A DNA stretch of 63,999 nt, filler included, from Globobulimina sp. (GCA_003354225.1; 13 parts of 13 records of this genome joined end to end with filler, not necessarily neighbours in it); one strand, 5' to 3'. Numbered from the whole stretch's first letter, positions 1-12,024 are shown. A program made the numbers and translations. The notes: a model not told the origin generated them from the sequence alone.

Positions 1-2
1 AT

Positions 3-422
3 AAGAGTGAGAGTAAAGAGGATGTGGAGAGGCTTAAAAAAGAGAAGGAAGAATGGGAGAGTTGCAGTGCTAAATTGGAGAGTTTTGGTGTGTTGGGATT
101 GAAGGAAATGTTGAAGTATAATGGACAAAAAGTGAGTGGAACCAAATCGGAATTAATTGCTCGAATTGTGGATTGTAGCAATTATGGCTGTATGCCGCGG
201 TGTGTTGAGTGCGGTGGTGGACATTTGAGGGTGCTTTATATCAATGGCAAGAAGTATGGACATGGCGGGAAAGGGAGGTATTTTTGTCCGGGATATTATG
301 ATGGCGATGAATATATTGCTTGTTTATGGTCTGGCGATCAAACGAAAATTAAAAGAGAGAAATGGAGGAATATTGATGATGATGATGATCAGGATAAGAA
401 TGTAAAGAATAAAAATAAATGA
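3..422 (+). CDS. C-terminal part of a PADR1 (PARP1 Zn3-like) domain protein, 5'-partial
   Basis: LKEMLKYNGQKVSGTKSELIARIVD...YGCMPRCVECGGG...YFCPGY...C matches the PADR1 pattern. The frame is open to the window start. Confidence 0.75.
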   Translation, partial: KSESKEDVERLKKEKEEWESCSAKLESFGVLGLKEMLKYNGQKVSGTKSELIARIVDCSNYGCMPRCVECGGGHLRVLYINGKKYGHGGKGRYFCPGYYDGDEYIACLWSGDQTKIKREKWRNIDDDDDQDKNVKNKNK

Positions 423-669
423 TAAAGTGCCAATAAATTATAATTCTTAAACATTTCTCATATTAAAAACAATAGTAATATTGTTGCGGTAGTACGTGCT
501 AAAACTTTGTTAACCAACAGCTTCAGTTACAAAATCCAAAAGGCCATTTTATACATGGCACAGAAACAAATTAACAACGAAAGCAATGCGAAAACATACG
601 TCTTCCGTATTAAAAATATGATATAGAATCATGAATGAAAAAAACTCGAAGTCATAGGGCTTTGGAACC

Positions 670-1251
670 ATGTCCTCGATCGAACATTCGTTACTATCTA
701 AACCACGCATTAGATTACCAATTATAAAAATATGTTTTGAAGTGTATCATGCATTAAAACCGTATCACCGTGGAGATGACGATAATTATCCATCATTAAA
801 AAGAAGCGCAATAATGTTATTTTTTGTAACATTGCGATGGTATTTTTTTTTAAAGAAATTAATAAACGATAAAGCTGCATTAAACGCACCATTAACAATA
901 CGTGAAAAAATAGCGATATCTGTCGCAGTTTGTGGTCATTTATTAATATTCTGGGCACAACAAGCAACGTTCCAATATGAAGAGAATAAAAATTCAAATA
1001 TGGGAAATCAAAATGTAGTGAATGAAAATGGACCATATGCAATAATACGACATCCCCAACATGTTGGAAAATGGGTTTCTGAGTCGTTTGTCTCAATTTA
1101 TCAAAGTAATAAAGTATCGATGGTCATATCCATACTCACCTTATATTTTGCAATCAAAGCTGCTAAAAAGGAAGAACAGCAATATACCGATGATGATTAT
1201 CAAGAGTATAAACGAAGAGTTCCACAAATGTTTTTTCCTGGCATCTATTAA
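670..1251 (+). CDS. ICMT/PEMT-family membrane methyltransferase-like protein
   Basis: GPYAIIRHPQHVG and EEQQY...YQEYKRRVP.MFFP motifs, plus hydrophobic segments. Confidence 0.75.
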   Translation: MSSIEHSLLSKPRIRLPIIKICFEVYHALKPYHRGDDDNYPSLKRSAIMLFFVTLRWYFFLKKLINDKAALNAPLTIREKIAISVAVCGHLLIFWAQQATFQYEENKNSNMGNQNVVNENGPYAIIRHPQHVGKWVSESFVSIYQSNKVSMVISILTLYFAIKAAKKEEQQYTDDDYQEYKRRVPQMFFPGIY

Positions 1252-1482
1252 CTTAATTTAATGTTTATTTTGATTTACTTGCTTAATAATTAATAGTTCA
1301 CACATTGTTCGTGCATGTGATTTGTCGATGTCATCAAAACATGTGATTTTCACTGTTTTCTAAAGACGAATTTGGTGAGACACAAGAAAGTACGAAGATA
1401 AACTAAAAACACAAAATCCATTTGCTAAATTCTATCAACGTCGCAAACTCGTGGATAATAAATAAAAACTAAACCTCCAAAA

Positions 1483-2810
1483 TCATTGTTTTTTCTTTGA
1501 GTCCGTTGGAGGATCAAATTTCCGAATCACAAAGAATGAAAATAATACGAACACCACGGCATGCATAGTCCAGCAAATTTTATTAATCCATGGTGCGTGC
1601 GGAATATCATTGGGTGCGAGTTTGTAGCACAATAATGACTCCAACACTGCCACCAACAAGAAAACAAAGACTTGACTGCCCATTCTATGAATCTCCGGGT
1701 CAGTCACATAAAAATAATACTGCCGCACAGCCGGTATGATCATGAAACCGATGAGAAATATCCTCGCGATATTCCACCAATGGTTTGACGGTATCCATAG
1801 ATATAACTTTAATAAGAACGCATTCATCTCATTGACCTGAGCTATAAACAGAATGAATAATAATTGCAAGAATCTGACAATATTTTCCCCCGCTTCCCAC
1901 TTAACAGCAACAAACGTTTTGGGTGAAAATAATTTGAAAATATGACAGGATTTGTTCATTAATGTCCCAGTTTGCACCAAATCGCACCATTCATATGTTT
2001 TATGCTCCAAATAGGTACATGTTAATAGTCCCAATTCTAAGCCTATTCCATTACAAATAAGCACATCTAACAGCCATTGATCCCACCAACACTCTGCAAA
2101 ATTGGGTATGTAATAATAAGTGGACAGTTCCACCAATTCCCACGTTATGGACATGATCCATAACATTAATCGATGCCGAACTAACAATCCTTTTGCAAAC
2201 CAACCAACAAAGTGCGCAAACACAAATCTATCCATTTTGCTCATTACATTGCCATACGTAAAGGAGCAATCTTCTGCGTACAATGGAAGTACTATGGGTT
2301 TGCCCAATGATGGGTCGATTTTTGCTAAAAACATGCGTGCGTCATTGGGTGGCAATATTATTAATAATATCAATGTGAATAAATATAATAAGCTGCATGC
2401 AAATATGAGACGCCATATCAATGGATGTGGGCGGATAAACGGCCCCGACGGGAAAATCATAGAACCAATTACGAAATAAACATATAAAGCAAAGTATGCT
2501 GCGATTTGCATGGCATTTTCGGAGCTGTTGTTTTGTTGTTTGGAAAATTGAAAATTTACTTTAATGTTAGATAAACATACTTTGCTGATTCAATTATTGA
2601 GACGTAAATTAAGGGCAAAACTATTAATACTAATGCCATTACTGAATGTGTGGTGTAAAAGAATGGTATGGCTTGTTCCAATGGGTCGAGATATCTACGT
2701 TCATTATAAGGGAACTTATAATTGGATGAGGATTGAAGTGATTGAATGTTTGTGTGTCTGGCTTGGTATGCTTTTACCATCCCATTGCGTGTTCTTTTGT
2801 GAGATGGCAT
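1483..2810 (-). CDS. PTDSS: Phosphatidylserine synthase (base-exchange PSS family), 2 exons
   Basis: Motifs GPFIRPHP, AHFVGW, WELVE and PNFAECWWDQWLLDVLICNGIG. A GT-AG intron at 2525-2580 joins ORFs 2556-2810 and 1483-2511 in frame. Confidence 0.92.
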
Positions 2811-3221
2811 TTTGGCCTTTTAATTGTCAATATTCAATAACAGCCGAATTAATGAAGAACAGTTTGTGTGAAGTGTTGTACGTGGCGGAATTATGAAACA
2901 AATTAAAAAATGTAGTAAACTTAGTAAGTTACAAAAATTTTGAAATCAAGACATATTTTCCCAGTGCACACTGTGGTTAGATCGGACTTTCTAGTCCGCA
3001 CAGAGTGGTTCCGCAGCAATCAGATCGCATTATGAAGTGCAGTCATACATTTTGTCATGTTTTAATATGAAAAATTAAGCCAAAGAAGTATTTGAAGCTG
3101 CGCAACGAAACAAACATCAAATCGCAAGAACACAGCACAGTTTTTGTCTCTTTGGGATTAATTTATACAATTTGATCCATGTAATATTTTAATACGATAT
3201 GTCATTTGCAAGTTGTCAATG

Positions 3222-3805
3222 TTAAATGATACCAATTCTATTGGCCACATCTAATGCGTCATGTTCTGGGGTTAATCGGACGTACGCTTTTTTAAAGCCA
3301 TCTGGACGAATTAGTGTGTTTATTTTGGCAGTGTCAACATTATATAATTGCTTTACCGCTCTTTTAATTTGTTTTTTGTTTGCTCTTAAATCACAAATAA
3401 ATACCAATGTGTTATGATCCTCAATTCTTTTCATTGCATGTTCCGTTGTTAGTGGATGTCGAATTATTCGATATTTATCCAATTTTCTTTTACCAGGTAC
3501 ACTCTGTGTATTTTTATTTGTGTTTTTTTAGTTTTTTTAACTTTCTCCCCGGAAATTCGCAACAAAATAAAATATTCACTGTTTTTGCTGACAACAGAAA
3601 CAATAAATACATGCATCATTGAGTTGATGTGCTGTTATAAATAATTAACCTTTTTTGCATATTTTGGTGCCCGTCGTTGTTTAAGTGTTGGTTTTAATCG
3701 AAAATGAACGGTACGTCTTAATCTCTTTTTCAATCGACTAACACCTTTCTTTTGTGCCGCTGCTGCCTTTTCTGCCTTTTTTACTGCGCCTTTCTTTGAT
3801 GGCAT
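3222..3805 (-). CDS. RPL23A: 60S ribosomal protein L23a (uL23), 2 exons
   Basis: Exon 1 (3650-3805) MPSKKG...[20 protein letters not shown]; intron 3504-3649; exon 2 ...[20 protein letters not shown]...[16 protein letters not shown]...[11 protein letters not shown]. Confidence 0.97.
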
Positions 3806-3912
3806 TATAACTGTGATTGCTTTCTCTCAAATTTGATTGCAACGAGAGAATGATCCTACTGACTGTTTTTATAATTTTTTTGTCGGACTCAATTTCTGAA
3901 CATTAAAAAGTA

Positions 3913-4860
3913 ATGTTGATAATATTAATATTAGCCGTTGTATCAATAATATGCCTGTTATTCTGTTTAATACTACATTTTGGCGAACATTTCCAGTTCA
4001 GATACTGTATCAAAATGAAAAGAACATTCAGCCATAGATCAACAAATATGCCCAATCTGAATTTCACAACAAATTCGGATATTGAACATGCGATGATGTC
4101 TACGACTAAGTATAAATCGAGATTCATCTGTCAAAGCTGTGTCGTTCCTGCAGATGAAGATGGTATTTTGTTTTTCATTTCATTTCTCTAATTTTGTTGT
4201 TGAATTAAGAAAAAATAAAAATAAAAAAGGGTTTGACTTCTATCCAGTTTCATTTGTACCATATTTAATATTTATAATAATTGTAACATTATTAATATTA
4301 TATGAATTAATTACAATTGAAATTAGGTCCAATCATAGTTATACGGAAATAGATTCTATTTACAATATGAGATTACAAATTTTTTCGGGTCGATTTTTGT
4401 CAATAAATGTAGGACGATATGACATAAAATATCAAATAAATAATGGTGATATTGCTATTATAACTGACTGGTTCTTGTTATATTTTATGATAATTATATC
4501 TGTTTGGGATTCATTGTTTTCGTTTTATAGATATTACACGACCATGAATGTTGCTACACGTTTTCAATCCGTGTCCACCATCAAAATTTTAAAATATTTT
4601 AGTGTTTATGGTATTCCATATTGCATCATTTATTTATTGCAAATTCATGTTTATTACTTTCTATTTCCATTATTAATAATATCGCATTTTGTGATTAACG
4701 TTTGGTGCAATTGGATGTTTGCTAAGATATTAATTGAATCAACAATGAAATTTGCAGAAATGGAGAGAATGGTTACAAATATTCATGATGATATGCTAAA
4801 AAGTGTATATTTTATGCGTAGAGCATCATTGTTATGGTGTTTTATATCCACTGTATGTCA
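3913..4860 (+). CDS. Multi-pass membrane protein (7TM-like), 3'-partial
   Basis: Several hydrophobic helices. A GT-AG intron near 4163-4229 links ORFs 3913-4191 and 4139-4912. Runs into the spacer. Confidence 0.6.
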
Positions 4861-4960
4861 NNNNNNNNNNNNNNNNNNNNNNNNNNNNNNNNNNNNNNNN
4901 NNNNTTAATTAATTAANNNNNNNNNNNNNNNNNNNNNNNNNNNNNNNNNNNNNNNNNNNN
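4861..4960. other. Artificial contig-joining spacer (N44-TTAATTAATTAA-N44), first of 12
   Basis: The identical 100-bp spacer, with stops in all six frames, also lies at 9813-9912, 14763-14862, 19713-19812, 24662-24761, 29607-29706, 34546-34645, 39473-39572, 44396-44495, 49317-49416, 54236-54335 and 59155-59254. Intervening contig lengths never increase (4852 down to 4819). Confidence 0.98.
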
Positions 4961-5782
4961 GCAGAATATCTCATAATACTTTTGAAATGAGATGGATAAT
5001 AACAATAATAACAATGAATTAATTACAATATCAAATATAAATAACCATAACATATTTACTCCAATGGATACAAACAAGATAGTTAAATGAGAAAATATTA
5101 TGCTCGACACCAAAATGAATAATTTCGGCACCAACATTACAGTCTGTTTATCAAAGGTTGCTGCTGAGTTTGGTCCGTAGTGTAGAATGGATTGGAATGG
5201 AATAAAAAAAATAATAACGAGGGATGCGCACAATATGACATCAATAATTATCTGAAGAAAACCAAATAAAAATGGAAATAAACGGATATCCATATCCTCA
5301 CAGTGGCGAACGGATTTTATCGACTCTCTCGATTCCACAAATCTTATATCAAAAAATAATGCATAAATCCATTGTAATATCATTAATATCCATACTAAAT
5401 ATTGCAAGTATTTGATGCATTTATTATAAAATTCTGAGCCATAATACAAATGTTTCCAATAACATATAATTACACAATATAACACATAATTAGATGTATG
5501 ATACAATGCTAATGATAATTTGCCTAAAATATTGCATGGAATGTTTACCAAATATGCTAATTCATTTAATATTGAGTTTAAACTGAAAATAATGTAAATA
5601 AATAATGTTAATATGGTGAAATAATGTGCTATATATTTCCATTTATCTGATCTTTCAAAAGGATTACTTTGTTGTAATTCAATTGGCACTGAATGTGTTT
5701 TGCAATTCACGATTAAATATGTTACTGTTACAGTTAATATAATTGCAAAACATATGCCAAAAATTATTGCTAACAACATCAT
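4961..5782 (-). CDS. 7TM GPCR-like membrane protein, 3'-partial
   Basis: About seven hydrophobic segments, with a Cys before TM3 (IPCNILGK) and in the second extracellular loop (RHCED). Confidence 0.6.
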
Positions 5783-5947
5783 GTGTTATTAGCATTACAC
5801 AGTGCGAATAATACAAAAATTACCCCTTTAAAAATACGCTAGAGTTGCCATCTTTCTTCAAAACTTTAAGTACTTACGGCATGTAAATTTTCATGTTTTA
5901 TTTAGAGGCTGGGCAATAACTCGAAAAAGTACAAGGTATTTTTGTAA

Positions 5948-6620
5948 TTATTTATAATTAATTTTTGTATGGAACAAAGTATAATAACATAATATCAATG
6001 TTTTTAAATAATGAGGAACATTCAATTCATATTTTTCTTCAATTTGAGTTCGTATCAATCCAAATGTTAATTTTCTAAATGTCTCAACATGATCTTGTTT
6101 TAAACCTTGTGGTATCACATCAAATAATGATACTTTGGTATGATACCAATCTTCATGAAGAAAATGTAAATACCCATCATTTGTGCCAATACAATGTGAA
6201 TGAATTCCATCATCAATATTTGTGCCAGACATATAAGATGGTAATTGTTTATTTGATTTGTGCCATTTATTTCTACCATTAAATAAATCTAAGCACCAAA
6301 TGCCAGTATTTCCCACACGAATTAAAATATAATCAAATGCCAATACCATGCAATGCGGAACCAACAGAAGATTGATATTCTGCAACATCTTTCATTTCAA
6401 AGTGTTTCCAGTCCTTTGGTTGCCGATCTAATCGCCTTGTTTCAAACTGTTCATTTTTAAAATCGAATGTATCCATAAACATTGGTAGATGGACGCGATA
6501 AATATTACTAGTTATCATTGAATAGACAATATTCATCGAATTATTGTTATTATAATAATATGTCGACGTTGCCCGATCTCGTGGTTTAAACCAACGACGA
6601 TGCGGTATCGGAAGATACAT
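5948..6620 (-). pseudogene. Kelch-like beta-propeller family member with a frameshift (pseudogene or assembly error)
   Basis: Overlapping ORFs 6333-6620 and 5948-6388 are in different frames with no plausible GT-AG intron between them. AFDYILI...IWCLDL...KWHKS and a tail motif shared with 8683-9768. Confidence 0.5.
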
Positions 6621-6697
6621 ATAAACTTTATATAAATGTTTTCGGATATTAAGAAATAATTTTACTCAACCGCTGTGACTAAACATTTTGTGATACA

Positions 6698-8481
6698 ATG
6701 ACATATTGGATAATATTCGCTTTGATATCGATTGTATCCTGGTTGATATTATTTCCTTTAGTGATATACTATGCGATTCAACTGTGGAGTTATAAACACA
6801 TTGATACAATCGCAAAACGACAACCGCTATTAGTTGTATGGTTTGCTATTTGTGGAACAGCATTAAGTCTCTGTTAAGTATAGAATTATATGCTACATAT
6901 TGACACATACATAAACACTCATAAATACATCTACAGTATCTCGGACATATTTTGCTGTTTCAACTTTATTAGAATTGGAACAAATTGAAACAGGAATATT
7001 TGGTAATCGCATGGTCACAGATATTGCAAGCAGTATTTCATATTTTTATGTTGCGTTATTTGAGCAAATATTATGGGTTTCATGGTTTAATTGGGTTAAA
7101 TCGTCACAACTTTTAAAAAGAAAATGGAAGGAACATTTGCATTTAGTTGATGTATTAAATAATAATGAAAATTTAACAAAGTTACCCTGGACTCTTCAAT
7201 ATGGAAAATTATTGACAGACAAAAAATTATTATGTCTGTTTGCATTCTTATTTTGGATTTGCTGCGCATCCATTTTAATGTTAATGTTATATTTATTTAC
7301 ACCCAAATTACACAAAAACACAAAGTCAAAAACAAATTGATATCCATGTTCAGAGCGTTACCGAATCAAACATTAATACAAAGTGTAATATCATTAATAC
7401 TTGCTTTAATTGTGATATTACCGGCAATTATCTTACGATTCAAATCAAACGGCTTATTCGATTCATTAGGAATGAAAAAGCAATTCTATTCTGTTTGCAC
7501 TATGTTCCTGGCAACATTTATTTTATTGGGCATAAATTTAATTGTTGTACCCAGGGATACCCAATCTCGGAAATATAAAACATGTGCCACTTATGCTATA
7601 CTTACGTGGTATTGTTCCTTTTTGAAATTTCTTTGCTAAATATACATATGTGTGATATAGGGGTTTGTCATTGATTTGTCTTCGAATGGTTTATGTTGAA
7701 CAATTGCAGCAATATATAAACACAAAGATGCCTGAAAGGATTGACGCGAATATAGCTCCATCGGTTGATGACATTAAAATGGTTAACTTTACAGATGTTT
7801 GGAGCAATAAGCAGTTATTTGAATTATTCGCGAATCACTGCACCAAACAATACTCAATGTATGTATTTGTATATATGAATGGGAATATATTTATATTAAT
7901 TTTATGTTAACTGTATGTTCAGAGAAACAGTTTTGTTTTTGTTAGAATTTGAACAATGCAGACAACTTATTATTAATTGCCATGACCTGTTGATTGAGGA
8001 TATTGACGAAAGAAAGTGTTTTATGGAATGTTTATCGAAAAGTAAAGCTCTGTTTGAAGATATGTATCTTATCAGTTCGGATATTTTAAAATTAAAAGAT
8101 ATTTCATTGACTTTGAATGATACTATAAAATTATTAAAATATTTATTTGATCATTATATTGATGAGGATTCAGTTGATGTTATAAATATTTCATGGCAAA
8201 TGAGGGCACAAATTATTTCTATATTCAATAAATATGAATTGTTACAAAAAACAAACTCTCAAATTACGAAAACGCGAAAACACTCATTCCGTATCACAAG
8301 TATCAGCTCACCATCAGGAACGGATAATGTTTCAAATACAACAGCTAATATGATTTCTGACATTATAATAGCATTTGATTCTATTTCAGCTGAATTATTT
8401 CTTTTGTTACAGAAAGACCCGTGGTATAGGTTTAGACAAACTGATGTATACTCTCAATTTACAAAGGAAATGCAAATATAA
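6698..8481 (+). CDS. 7TM-RGS protein (multi-TM N-terminus plus C-terminal RGS domain), 5 exons
   Basis: ATG at 6698; GT-AG introns starting near 6873, 7280, 7609 and 7859 join the ORFs in frame. RGS signature: LFELFANHCTKQYSIETVLFL...HYIDEDSVDVINIS...AFDSISAELFLLLQKDPWYRF. Confidence 0.82.
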
Positions 8482-8682
8482 AAAGATTTAATTGTAATAT
8501 TTTAATTATTTACCTTTTATGTTTAATATGTTATATGTTTGAATTTTATGTTTATTTGGTTGCACTCTTATTATTGATTCACTACAGTATATTGTCGGCG
8601 ACTGTATTAGAATTGATGCAGTCGTAGTATTACAATAAGAAAACACCCGTTCAAAGCAATTCAAATGTTCTTTTAAAGTTAA

Positions 8683-9768
8683 TTAACGATTTGGATGTAT
8701 ACCGCCCTCTGGATATTGATGAGCCATTAAATGTGCATATTCTCTCAATCCGTACATTGCAATGATCAAATCAATGATATCCTGACCAGGCCATTGTTTC
8801 ACATTAATAATACATCGAATGTAGCCACGTATTAACATCAGACAATGCATGTAATTGCTTGTTTTTATTGCTTTAACTGCGCCAATCAATGGACATATAA
8901 CTTTACTGTGCCAGAATTTATTATTTTCCACATCAAATATAAATATGGTATTTTCATTCTCCATGTATATATTTCCATGCTTTCTCCCCATTATACCACC
9001 AAATAATATCACATATTGGTCATAATTATATTTAACAGCAGCAGAGCCATACAATCCAAATGGAAGCGTAATATTTAATTTGCTCCATTCATATTTAACT
9101 GTGCAAAATGAATAAATTGTATCCAGAATAAAATCACAGTGTTTACCTCCAAATAACAGCAATCTGTGTTTTGTTGCAAGATGAACCAATGAAAAGTTGC
9201 CAAATCCTGGATGTAAGTCAGTGAACGCATGTATTTGAACGAATGAATCTGTTTCTTCATCAAATATATAATGTTTATTATTGGCCCAACCGCCAATTAT
9301 ATGAAACACATTCTTGATTATAACACATTGCGCATCATATCCCAATTCATATTTATTTCTCACAACTTTTGTGTTGAATGTATCCAAATTAATTCTTATT
9401 AATTTATGGTTTGTGTATGTTCCACAATGAATATACAATGTATTTGTTTGTTTATTTAATGCCGCATTTGGATTGTCCACATTTCCTAAATTTAATTGTT
9501 GATAATTGATTGTTTGAATACATGTTTTTTTGTGCATATTGTATCGATAAACACCATCTTTTCCAGTGTTATTTAATGAATTGGAGACAATGATGAATTC
9601 ATTCTGATTTATTCCAATCCCTTTTGAAAATCGTTGAAAAGGAAACCTATCCATTAGTTCCCAGCGGGGAAGCTTCACTCCAATATTACTGTTATTTGTG
9701 GGAGGATTTGTTGGAGGATTTGGAGGCTGTAGTGTTTGGAACTGATGCTTACTTTGACAAACACCCAT
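8683..9768 (-). CDS. Kelch-repeat protein with a probable N-terminal acylation signal (MGVCQS)
   Basis: Kelch GG motifs FHIIGG, LLLFGG, VILFGG followed by Y/W positions. The 3' end may continue through an intron. Confidence 0.8.
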   Translation of the reverse strand: MGVCQSKHQFQTLQPPNPPTNPPTNNSNIGVKLPRWELMDRFPFQRFSKGIGINQNEFIIVSNSLNNTGKDGVYRYNMHKKTCIQTINYQQLNLGNVDNPNAALNKQTNTLYIHCGTYTNHKLIRINLDTFNTKVVRNKYELGYDAQCVIIKNVFHIIGGWANNKHYIFDEETDSFVQIHAFTDLHPGFGNFSLVHLATKHRLLLFGGKHCDFILDTIYSFCTVKYEWSKLNITLPFGLYGSAAVKYNYDQYVILFGGIMGRKHGNIYMENENTIFIFDVENNKFWHSKVICPLIGAVKAIKTSNYMHCLMLIRGYIRCIINVKQWPGQDIIDLIIAMYGLREYAHLMAHQYPEGGIHPNR

Positions 9769-9912
9769 GTTATTACATGCAACTAGTTCCTCGACTCTTA
9801 CTGTAAATGTTGNNNNNNNNNNNNNNNNNNNNNNNNNNNNNNNNNNNNNNNNNNNNTTAATTAATTAANNNNNNNNNNNNNNNNNNNNNNNNNNNNNNNN
9901 NNNNNNNNNNNN

Positions 9913-11930
9913 CCAAAGGGATGGGCACATTAGATCTGCGCCGCGGGGTCTTGAGCAGACACGATGAGTTTGTAAATTGTTTGTGGGTCAAAATCAACCT
10001 CTCCATGGTGTCGTTATCGCGCATGGCTTCGTGCGTGGACCATATGATAATCTGTTCGAGTGTTAGTGTGTCTTCCTCCTCATCGCCTTTTGGGTCCACA
10101 TCGCCCGGACCACCTAAGGTCACATAGGACTGTCCATCCTCGTCGCCTTTATACCGCCCATCGCCATCCGCTCTCTTCTTCTTTCTGCCTAATCCCAATC
10201 TGCTCTCATAAGTATTTAAGACCTCAATGGCATTTCGTACGACCTGTTGGGAGGGCTTCTCTTCGCAGATTAATTTCATTCCCATCGCGTCAGACTCGAA
10301 GCCTAATAACATTAAAAAGTCCAAGACTCCTTCAAAACCAATCAATCGTTCCATGACTTTGGGGTTGGTCGTATCCAGCGTCCGGTACCGCACATCGTCT
10401 TTTAACAACTTCTTAGCGACACTGCGTAAGGTACTAAATACCTGCGATGGCGCATCATTATAACAAGCTATGTCGGAGGCAGATTGCTGGAATTCTTGCA
10501 CACTCGCTGCCCGTTGAATATTTTTGTTATCATAATTATTGGGTGCACCATTATGCATATTATTCATCAGAGGGTTATTGTTATAACTATTGTTTTGCAC
10601 AACGTATGGATTTTTATTATTATTCATCATCGGATTTGGTAGACTGTTTGGTAACTTTGGTTTAATATTTCTCGATGCGTTACAAGCATCGCAGCGTGTA
10701 ACCGACGTAGAATTATGCAACGTACACATGGGACATATCCATGACGCACGTCGTTTATGTGGATTCTGTGCGTTTTGCGAGTTATGTGTATGTGGAGAGG
10801 TGACTGCAGAGGCCGCCATTTGATGCGATTCAAACTGTGATAAGATGCGTTGTTGCGAACGTGATTGTTGTTTCAATGCTTTTAATGCGCTTTCTTGAAA
10901 AGTAAATTTGTTTGGACCACCACCATGCGGTGGGCCATGACCAAAGAAGCCAGGTTGTGGTGGCGGGCCATGCGGATTGGCCATAATCATGTGGTTGGAG
11001 GGCGAAGGGGGTACTATGGGCTGTTTGCTTGGATCAATGGTTATTTTGCGGCCATTTGCTTTCTGGGTGCTATCCTGCGATAATCCACACATAATGCACG
11101 AAGCTTTACTTCTATCATTGGAATATGTACAAACTGCACATTCCCAGGTTTGGCCGTTTTTATCCACTATGCCTCCGTTTGGCTTGTTATTGTTTGCATT
11201 CATCATATATCCATTATATCCATTCACTCCGTTTGCCATATTGTTATTACCGCCCATTCCTATCATACCTCCGCCTATCATGCCACCATGGCCTCCCATC
11301 ATTAATTGATTGTTCATACCATTCATAGCCATCATACCCATTTGGCCTTATAATATATTAAAATACAAAAACAGTGCGAATTTGCGTATATTGAGTATAT
11401 AAAAACCTTGGTTGAAATACTGCTGTTGTTGCTGTGCTTGTGGTGGGTATCTTTGCTGAACATGTACATTGACGTTTGGTGGTACGACTTGATGTTGTTG
11501 GTGTTGGTGTTGCTGCGGCGGAAATATTTGATGGAACTTGATAGAGAATTGTGTGGATAATTGTACATCTGAAAAGCGTATGGCTAGTATTTCTTGTTTG
11601 TTATTGCTAGTGTCCCATGCTTTTAGTACCCACGCTCTTTCCCCTTTTGGCTTTAATTTGCCATTCATTAATCTCCACCATATCTCTCGCTGATTCTTGC
11701 TCCATTTTATGCGGATATCTGAGTGAAACTGATTGTTTTGAAACATAATCAATTGTCCAGAGATGCCACGATCTACCCATTCTTTGCTAACCTCATCCAA
11801 TGCATAAATCGAGGACTTACCACGAAATAGTTCTGACCAACCTGACCTATGTATTGATTTTGCAACGTTTTATTTAATTGGCAGAATCATTTATTGGTCG
11901 TGTAATTGCTGTAATACAAGTTTCGTACAT
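9913..11930 (-). CDS. Multidomain protein: PH-like (RanBD/EVH1) + 2 RanBP2 zinc fingers + PUB + RasGEF-N (REM); 3'-partial
   Basis: IYALDEVSKEWVDRG (RanBD/EVH1-like); WECAVCTYSN...CIMC and WICPMCTLHN...CDAC; RYRTLDTTNPKVMERLIGFEGVLDFLMLLGF (PUB); TLEQII...LILTHKQFTNSSCLL (REM-like). Introns at 11847-11928 and about 11348-11407. Confidence 0.72.
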
Positions 11931-12024
11931 TTATTATTTGTTTATTTATGTGACAGTGGTATTGTTTCCAGTAAAGTTTAAAAAAAAGATTTTCTGTTGG
12001 TAAAAATTTAATTGTGGTGAAAAC

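Noticed and set aside
3504-3649. Possible snoRNA in the longer rpL23a intron
   Set aside because: Only an imperfect C box (ATGATGC), no CTGA D box and no convincing H/ACA hairpins.
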